DNA of 7,008 nt from Octopus sinensis (GCF_006345805.1 NW_021829027.1:1-7008); one strand, 5' to 3'. Shown: positions 1 through 6,247, counted from the first letter of the stretch. Numbers and translations are program-made. Notes: generated from the letters alone by a model not told the origin.

Positions 1-153
1 AACTATCGTATCTCCCAGCTGCTTCGGTGCTAAGATATCAAAAATTGTCAATGGTGTAGTACAAAGGTTTTACTATGCAATGGTAAAACTATTCTTTCGT
101 TTTCTGAAAAAAAGCAACGTTTGGACTTTTGCATAATAGCAACGGTATAATCG

Positions 154-185
154 ATATATATATATATATAAATATATATATATAT
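154..185. repeat. (TA)n microsatellite
   Basis: Direct: atatatat... run with one interruption. Confidence 0.95.
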
Positions 186-242
186 TCTTTATTCTTTTAC
201 ATGTTTCAGCCTTGAGGCTGTGGCCATGCTGGGAGTATCGCC
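185..242 (-). mobile_element. 3'-terminal fragment of an Octopus-type SINE
   Basis: Reverse complement reads ggcgatactcccagcatggccacagcctcaaggctgaaacatgtaaaagaataaagaa. This resembles, from recall only, the 3' end '...ggtgctccagcatggccgcagtcaaatgactgaaacaagtaaaagaataaaag' of a common octopus SINE, including the A-rich tail. Confidence 0.65.
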
Positions 243-350
243 ATTATTTTTAACTAGATCCCTTGTCATTTCTGGAAGAGATTTGAAACCACCACCTATG
301 TGTCATGTTACTACTTCTCAAAACCCGTGCCCCCTGGGCCACCGAAGCAA

Positions 351-390
351 TACACACACGCACACATACATACATACATACACACACACA
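351..390. repeat. (CA)n/(TACA)n compound microsatellite
   Basis: Direct. Confidence 0.95.
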
Positions 391-519
391 TTATTCCACC
401 TCCCCCATAAAGTACTATGAATGTAATACGAAAGAAAATCTTTAGTAAAAAAGATCCAATTCAAACATAGTCGTGCTTTTGAAATAACATGCTGGAAAAA
501 CCCCAGCTATTTCTATTTT

Positions 520-520
<1 letters not shown>

Positions 521-564
<44 letters not shown>
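521..564. repeat. (GC)3-(CA)n microsatellite
   Basis: Direct: tgcgcgcacaca... Confidence 0.95.
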
Positions 565-566
<2 letters not shown>

Positions 567-766
567 CTTATTATATCATATATTGACATTCTACTCCGAG
601 TTTCGTTCCAGGTGTGACTGTTTTATGACTGACGTGAACGGCCCAGGCTAAAGGAAAAGTGAAAGTAGACAGCCATTTGTTGTTATAGTAAACATGTCTA
701 TCAACTCTATCCAACGTATTGAATTGTATATCAGGCAGTGCTTGAAATATGTAACATATTTGAAAT

Positions 767-917
767 ATTCTTCCGTCCGTCTTTATGTCCGGAGGTCAAA
801 TTCCACTGAGGTCGACCTTGCCTTTCATTCTTTCGGGGTCGAACCAGTTAAGCAATGTAATCGACTTACTCTCTCCAGGAAATTGATGGCATTGTGCCGA
901 AATTTGAAATTAATATT
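767..917 (+). mobile_element. tRNA-derived SINE, 5'-truncated and internally deleted copy (same superfamily as 3034-3245)
   Basis: Aligns by eye to 3074-3230: cgtccgtctt, B-box-like gaggtcaaattcc (792-804), gaggtcg, ttgcctttcattctttcggggtcga, accagtta, atgtaatcgact, ttgtgcc. The central GCCTTTCAT.CTTTCGGGGTCGA block resembles the conserved domain of mollusc Meta/MESC-type SINEs (recall, not verified). Confidence 0.85.
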
Positions 918-980
918 CTTTACAATTCTTTAATATTATTATATATGTGCGAGTATAGCACTCACCCACTCATACGTTCG

Positions 981-1013
<33 letters not shown>
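981..1013. repeat. (TACA)/(TA)n microsatellite
   Basis: Direct. Confidence 0.95.
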
Positions 1014-1195
1014 TGGAAAAAGTGTGATGAATGCAAGATGTAGTTTATGCTATTTGTTTCCTACGCACGTTTCGCCATTGTGGCCATTTGCATTCCCTGC
1101 AGTGGATGTTCACAGTGCAAGTGGATGCTGATCACAGCATATTTTCAGGGAAACGTTTCATTACATTATGGTTAGACAAAACAAATGCTAATGCT

Positions 1196-1233
1196 TATAT
1201 ATATATATATATAATAATATATATATATATATA
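1196..1233. repeat. (TA)n microsatellite
   Basis: Direct. Confidence 0.95.
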
Positions 1234-1428
1234 ACGGGAAGCTTTATGAAATAGACAAAAGACGAAGGCAGGTTGAAACAACGAACAATTGTATTAGTAT
1301 GGCGCTCAGGAAATATAAATAACAAGTCTTTAACGTTTCGAGCCTACGCTCTTCAACAGAAGATACACAGAGAGGAAAAAAACACAGAAAGAAGGAGAGA
1401 AAAAAATTGCGTGCAGTAGCTAACGAAT

Positions 1429-1432
<4 letters not shown>
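1234..1432 (-). mobile_element. Probable Penelope-like element terminal-repeat (pLTR) fragment or non-autonomous derivative, between two (TA)n tracts
   Basis: A ~200-bp non-microsatellite block flanked by (TA)n on both sides. It carries a minimal hammerhead-like motif on the minus strand, a known hallmark of PLE termini. It also resembles a dispersed octopus repeat (recall). Confidence 0.55.
1327..1363 (-). ncRNA. Minimal type I hammerhead ribozyme-like motif (variant or degenerate core)
   Basis: Minus strand: UCUU-CUGUUGA-A-GAGC(GUAG)GCUC-GAAA-CGUU-A-AAGA. It has a perfect 4-bp stem II, the GAAA box, a palindromic ACGU stem III and a UCUU/AAGA stem I. The core has U in place of A6. Confidence 0.6.

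Positions 1433-1474
<42 letters not shown>
1433..1474. repeat. (TA)n microsatellite
   Basis: Direct. Confidence 0.95.
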
Positions 1475-1477
<3 letters not shown>

Positions 1478-1533
1478 ATGCACATACACACATATATACA
1501 TACATACGTACCTATAAGCACTCACACATACAT

Positions 1534-1654
1534 GTTTTGTTGAAGAGATTTAATAAGAGTGAAACATAGTCAATACTTTCACGAATTATCTCTCTCATCT
1601 TTTTCTCTCGCCTGAAGGATCGCACATAGATAGAAACTCCGAGTACGGACGAAG
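1534..1654 (+). ncRNA. Two tandem degenerate hammerhead-like motifs (PLE-type relic)
   Basis: Motif A (1534-1576): GUUUUG-UUGAAGA-gauuuaauaagagu-GAAAC-AUA-GU-CAAUAC. Motif B (1612-1645): CUGAAGG-AUC(gcacaua)GAU-A-GAAA-CUCCGAGU-A, with a palindromic stem III ACUC-C-GAGU and a GUA triplet. Both have core or stem defects. Confidence 0.4.
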
Positions 1655-2024
1655 TGAATCATAAACTTGAAACCAAGTGTGTGTCTGTGTATTTATGTGT
1701 TGCTTTAAGGGTGCATATGTTTGTATACATCTGTTTATATGTGTATATATATGCTTACTTATATATGCTTATGAGTGTAATCAATCCAACATATATGTAT
1801 ACTTGCATAAGTTTTCTTTCAACCCCCGAATGTATCCGGACGTCACGTGCATATCGACGAGTATAAATGAGTACAAGCAGAACGGTACGGTGGAGTGTTA
1901 CAGACATGCAGAGTTGTAGGGTAAAAAAGAAAAAGGGCTGAATAAGAAATATTGTAATAATGAAGGAAAATACCTGGTGCACTTGACTTTTGAACTGTAC
2001 CGTTACTATCTTCTGTCTGCAAAA

Positions 2025-2039
2025 AGAGAGAGAGAGAAA

Positions 2040-2090
<51 letters not shown>
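2025..2090. repeat. (AG)6 followed by (ATT)16 microsatellite
   Basis: Direct. Confidence 0.95.
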
Positions 2091-2091
<1 letters not shown>

Positions 2092-2300
2092 ATTATTGTA
2101 AAAAAAAATCACTGATTAACTGAACGATTAATCAAACAATAAATTAGATAATAGACAAATGAATAATAACGAAGTGAAACAGAACCAGTACGTGTGTTTA
2201 TTATTATTGGCATAATGACCCTCCTGAGATATAGGACAAAAATGAAAAATAATTATATTATAAAAATAATTATATAAATGAACCATTACGTGTATACAAA

Positions 2301-2348
2301 CGCGCGCGCGCACACACACACACACACACATATATACATACATATATA
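2301..2348. repeat. (CG)5-(CA)10-(TA/TACA) alternating purine-pyrimidine tract
   Basis: Direct. Confidence 0.95.
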
Positions 2349-2495
2349 CGACGGGCTTCTTTCAGTTTCCGTCTACCAAATCCACTCACAAGGCTTTCGT
2401 CAGCCCGACGCTGTAGCAGAAGACACTTGCCCAAGGTGCCACCGGAACCATGTGGTTCGTAAGCAAGCTACTTACCACACAGCCACTCCTACGCC

Positions 2496-2496
<1 letters not shown>
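2347..2496 (-). mobile_element. tRNA-derived SINE (CORE-like accttgggcaag motif) with the B-box deleted
   Basis: Minus strand: aggcgtaggag-TGGCTGTGTGG (A-box, 2485-2475)-taagtagcttgcttacgaaccacatggttccg|gtggcaccttgggcaagtgtcttc...gtggatttggtagacggaaactgaaagaagcccgtcgta. This matches a very abundant octopus SINE from recall. No B-box is present. Confidence 0.85.

Positions 2497-2523
<27 letters not shown>
2496..2523. repeat. (TA)n microsatellite
   Basis: Direct. Confidence 0.95.
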
Positions 2524-2526
<3 letters not shown>

Positions 2527-2695
2527 TCAAATAGTATGAACAAACAGTAACAAATCGCTTCGCATTTTTAATGTTCTATGCATGAAATATGTCAACACTA
2601 AGTTTATTTGTTAAAGTCAGATTTATATTTTTGAAAGTTTAGTGAATTTGTCATTCACACCCTGGTTTTATGGCTTTTTGTTAATATAAGAACAT

Positions 2696-2734
2696 GACTT
2701 TTCTTTCTTCCGCAGTCAATAAAATAAGTACTGG
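2696..2734 (+). mobile_element. Short decayed fragment of the SINE central domain
   Basis: gacttttctttcttccgcagtcaataaaataagtactgg resembles ttgccttt.atc.tttcg..gtcgataaa.taaagtacc in the copies at 767-917 and 3034-3245. Confidence 0.4.
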
Positions 2735-3033
2735 CGGGTGTAGCGTGTCTTTGATCGAGTATATCTCACTATCATGAGCAACTTTTGACTAAAGTATCAT
2801 TTCTTTTCTGAAAGACATCAACTTTAGTGAACAATAGCGTCGTAAGGTATAGATTTCAACAATTTGTATTTACGATAAGGTGCGTGAGTAGTAACAAAGT
2901 GACTACATAATTCGGGTGGAAACAGACAGCTGAGGTTAGTGTTGTTAGGAAATACCCGTTTTATTTGTTTTTCTCATTGATGAGATATAAACAAAAGGTG
3001 GAGCAAGAGGTCAAGCAAGCCATATTTCGCAGA

Positions 3034-3245
3034 AGGCAGAATCGTTAGCACGCTGGGCAAAAGGCTTATCGGCATTTCGTCCGTCTTCACGTTCTGAGTT
3101 CAAAATCCACCGAGGTCGCCTTTGCCTTTTATCGTTTCGATGCCGATAAAGTAAAGTACCAGTTACATGGCTGGGGGGCGATGTAATCAACTATCCCCTT
3201 CCCCTAATATCTGAGGCCTTGTGCCTATAGTAAAAAGGATTATTA
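3034..3245 (+). mobile_element. Near full-length tRNA-derived SINE
   Basis: A-box-like aggcagaatcg (3034-3044), B-box-like gagttcaaaatcc (3096-3108), central domain, 3' end ggccttgtgcctatagtaaaaaggattatta with an ATT-type tail. It is homologous to 767-917 within the window. Confidence 0.88.
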
Positions 3246-3347
3246 GGTACTATTTAAGAAGAGTGGTCACGACTATTCCCGACTAGCTAGCGTGGATGCG
3301 CGAGTACGGGAGTGAGCGCACTGGGACCACTCTTCTTAAATAGTACC
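3246..3347. mobile_element. 102-bp MITE (non-autonomous DNA transposon), 23-bp perfect TIRs, 9-bp TSD, Merlin-like (Mutator-like possible)
   Basis: ggtactatttaagaagagtggtc (3246-3268) is the exact reverse complement of gaccactcttcttaaatagtacc (3325-3347). ggattatta is duplicated on both flanks (3237-3245 and 3348-3356). Confidence 0.92.
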
Positions 3348-3473
3348 GGATTATTACAACTTTGCTTCTTTGTTTCTTTTCGTTTTGTAATTTCCGCCTA
3401 ATTTCACCCGAGAGATACAGATCAGCTGAAACTAAAAAGGACAACAACAAAAAAATTGATAACATTTCCTCAT

Positions 3474-3535
3474 GCAGTGGGATCGAAACCCGGACCTCCT
3501 AGTTACGAAGAGAACTTCTTAACCATTTGGCAACA
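3474..3535 (-). mobile_element. Isolated tRNA-like SINE head (A-box and B-box, body absent)
   Basis: Minus strand: gTTGCCAAATGGttaagaagttctcttcgtaactaggaggtccgGGTTTCGATCCCactgc. It has an A-box-like (3533-3523) and a B-box-like (3490-3479) motif and is loosely alignable to the head of 2347-2496. Confidence 0.6.
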
Positions 3536-3620
3536 CTGTGGCTGTACTTCCTTTATAGACTCACGTGTATTTATAAACGCGGTGTGTATTATAGAGATAT
3601 AATTGTACCAAAGACTTATT

Positions 3621-3725
3621 GGAAGAGAGAGAAATAAATAAAGAGGACATGGTGAGAGAGAGAGAGAGAGGGGGGTAGAGGGAATGGCGAGAAGGTGAAG
3701 GAGCAAGAGGGAGAGTAAGGAGAAA
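3621..3725. repeat. (GA)n-rich polypurine tract
   Basis: Direct. Confidence 0.85.
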
Positions 3726-3832
3726 CCTCTCGATTGTGTTTTATTAAAGGTCGCACATGTCCATTATTGACAGCTGGGTTCCACGAGGCAGGAGAGTTAT
3801 TTCCCTTCCATTGTATGGTCCGGAGAGCTTTC

Positions 3833-4190
3833 GTGAGAAGGGAGAGAAGGAGAGAGCGGAGATAGAACGGGAAAAAAACCTACGATGTGTGTATGCGTGG
3901 CGTGAGTGAGTGAGGAGGGAGGGGGGAGAGGGGAAAGAGAGAGACAGAGAGAAATGTGATGATTGTGTGTGGAAAAGAGAGAGAAAGAGAGATAAGGTGA
4001 CAACGTGTCAATTCATGTGTGTATGTGCATGTGTGTGTGTGTGTGTGAGAAAGAAAGACAGACAGACATGATGTGTGTGTTAGTGAGAAGAAAGAGAGAC
4101 AGGTAGACAAGGAAACATGACAATGTATATATATGTGTGTGTGTGTGTGTGTATAGAGAGAGAGAGGGAGAGAGATAGAGAAGGAGAGAG
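3833..4190. repeat. Compound array of alternating (TG)n and (AG)n blocks
   Basis: Direct: five TG-then-AG cycles starting near 3885, 3954, 4015, 4068 and 4123, after a GA-rich lead-in. Confidence 0.8.
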
Positions 4191-4383
4191 ACGCTACATG
4201 TTGCTCCAAGACGCACCAACAATAGTTGCTGTTTGATGCTAAATACCATTCAGTGTGATTTATGGGTGTTTTGGCTGCTATATCTAGCTACCACCCAGAG
4301 GCCCCCTCTCTCACCGGCTCGATGAGTTTCGTGTTTCATAGGGGTTGACTCGAGGGTTAAAAACCACACGAACAACCACGCAT

Positions 4384-4384
<1 letters not shown>

Positions 4385-4430
<46 letters not shown>

Positions 4431-4762
4431 AGGGAAGGACGCACACGTATACACGCAAATATACATACATACATATGTGTGTGCATGTATGTGTATCCAT
4501 ACACTCAACACACACATATATCAGCATACGTTCACACACACATTCAAACTAGCAAACATACATATACAAGTACACACACACACACACACACGCACACACA
4601 CACACACACATACACAAGGGAAGTACGCACATGTATACACGCAAATATACATACATACATATATATGTGTGTGTGTGCATGTATGTGTATACATACACTC
4701 AACACACACATATATAAGCATACGTTCACACACATATTCAAACACGCAAACATACATATACA

Positions 4763-4805
<43 letters not shown>
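4385..4805. repeat. (CA)n-U-(CA)n-U-(CA)n tandem duplication, unit ~186-194 bp
   Basis: caagggaag occurs at 4429 and 4615, and catatacaag at 4561 and 4755. The intervening sequence is colinear with few substitutions. Confidence 0.93.
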
Positions 4806-4808
<3 letters not shown>

Positions 4809-4841
4809 GCCTACACGCGACGATGTTCGCGACGAGAGGAA

Positions 4842-4949
4842 GAGGTGAGCCAAACTTCAAAGGTATCGAGTGGCAGAGTTGATTACAGGTAAGAAGTGGG
4901 TTTTAGTGTAGCCAGGTAAGATAAAGTGCTGGTGGAGTATGGAGGTAAG
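4842..4949 (+). other. Cluster of four 5' splice-site-like AG|GTRAG motifs
   Basis: gaggtgag (4842), caggtaag (4886), caggtaag (4913), gaggtaag (4942). Function is unproven. Confidence 0.35.
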
Positions 4950-4998
4950 GGTTGCGATGTGTAGGTTAAGTGTATTACTAACAACTGCAATGACCATC

Positions 4999-5157
4999 GT
5001 GGTGGTGGTGGTGGTGGTGGTGGTGATGATGGGGGAGGGTACCATCTATTTTCCGGGTATACTAGTCGAAATCCACCCCTCTCGACATCACTACCACTAC
5101 GACACAATCATCGTCATCATCATCGTCATCAGTAACCGCAACCGTAATCGGAACCGT
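4999..5157. repeat. (GGT)n tract, then (CAT/CAC)-rich tract and AACCGY-like hexamers
   Basis: Direct. Confidence 0.85.
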
Positions 5158-5478
5158 TTTTAACACCTTAATAGCCCCTACACCTTCGCTCTCCCCGTCA
5201 AAATAGAGTGACTGGGAGTGGCTTTACTAATTATTAATTGACAGCAAGCCACAGTAACGGAGTTCCCTAGACTCGGGGGCCCCTAGACCCGTTCCCCTTC
5301 CTCTCCCTCAAACAATCAACCACCCGGTGTGGTCAACCAAGCTTTAAAGACGGTGGCATTGGTTGTAATATCATTCTCCCTCGTTGTCAACCATCATTCA
5401 TCACAAGTTTATATTTGACATGCTCGATCAGGGCCCACTTGGTGGAGGTGTGTGGTCGAGCGGGGGTATAGCGAGGCA

Positions 5479-5765
5479 GTGTTGGTGATGGTGGTGGTGG
5501 TGATGGTAGTGGTGGTAGTGAGGTACTTACTACTACTGAACAACTACAACCGACATCTCCAGTATCACCTTTACCACCACCATCACCACCAACACCACCA
5601 CCACATCAATTCTTCTTACAGCCACACCGACCTCACCAGCACGCCTTCACTCCCCGCTGTCACCACCATTAACCACAACCGCAAAAAAACACAACCACCA
5701 CCATCACCACCACCACCACCGCCACCACTAGCATTTCATCCTTCATCACTGACCACCACCGCCGC
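5479..5765. repeat. (GGT/GAT)n followed by (ACC/ATC)n degenerate trinucleotide region
   Basis: Direct. Confidence 0.85.
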
Positions 5766-5964
5766 AATAAACGTCAGCGATGCTCTCGCCCGTACGAGCG
5801 AACGGAGCGACGACGGTGTGATATACATTCAAACCGTGTCACCCGCTATATCGCGTCAAAGTAGGTGTTGAAATGTGGCACCCAAGGTAAAAAAAAAAGG
5901 GGGAAAAAATAAAAGAAATACAGGGGTGGGACAGAAGAGCGGTGGGTGGAAGACAGCAGTAGAC

Positions 5965-5992
5965 AAACAAATAAATAAATAAATAAACAAAT
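5965..5992. repeat. (AAAT/AAAC)n tetranucleotide repeat
   Basis: Direct. Confidence 0.9.
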
Positions 5993-6089
5993 ATGCCGTC
6001 AGTTTTCAGTAACATCCTATGAATGTATGTATACGGGTGGGGATAGGGTGGACAAACACCTCACTGGTTTAGACAGATATAAAAAAGAA

Positions 6090-6149
6090 AACAACAACAA
6101 CAACAACAACGACAACAGTAATAATAATAATGATGATGATGATGATGAT
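6090..6149. repeat. In-phase compound trinucleotide repeat (AAC)7-GAC-AAC-AGT-(AAT)4-(GAT)6
   Basis: Direct. Confidence 0.95.
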
Positions 6150-6247
6150 TTCATTTATTTGCCACAAGGGCGATGGATGAATAATAATAAAGGAATTTTT
6201 TTTCTTTTTCTTTCCTCCCGCTTCATTTTGAATCTCTCAAGTTGCCT

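Noticed and set aside
1067-1090. Minus-strand GCCA(CAA)UGGC-GAAACGU, the right half of a hammerhead
   Set aside because: The upstream core is CAAAUG rather than CUGANGA and the would-be cleavage base is G. At most it is a heavily decayed relic.
1098-1137. Imperfect tandem pair tgcagtggatgttcacag / tgcaagtggatgctgatcacag
   Set aside because: Only two short diverged copies, which is an ordinary local duplication and not a CRISPR-like array.
1121-1164. CUGAUCA...GAAACGUUUC hammerhead-like spacing with a GAAACGTTTC palindrome
   Set aside because: There is no stem II, G8 is replaced by C and stem I is out of register. This is compatible with chance.
1881-2004. Inverted match aacggtacggt / actgtaccgtt (10/11)
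   Set aside because: It is short and imperfect with no TSD. Several such matches are expected by chance in 7 kb.
2696-2715. Polypyrimidine tract plus CAG resembling a splice acceptor
   Set aside because: It is better explained as a decayed SINE core fragment, and no supported exon follows.
2964-2995. Hairpin tttgttt-tctca/tgaga-aaacaaa; similar small hairpins at 67-89 and 745-761
   Set aside because: Short AT-rich stems at chance level. Bacterial-style terminators are irrelevant in this eukaryotic context.
3474-3535. Possible tRNA gene
   Set aside because: It has degenerate A/B boxes and no complete cloverleaf or acceptor stem. It is better explained as a SINE head.
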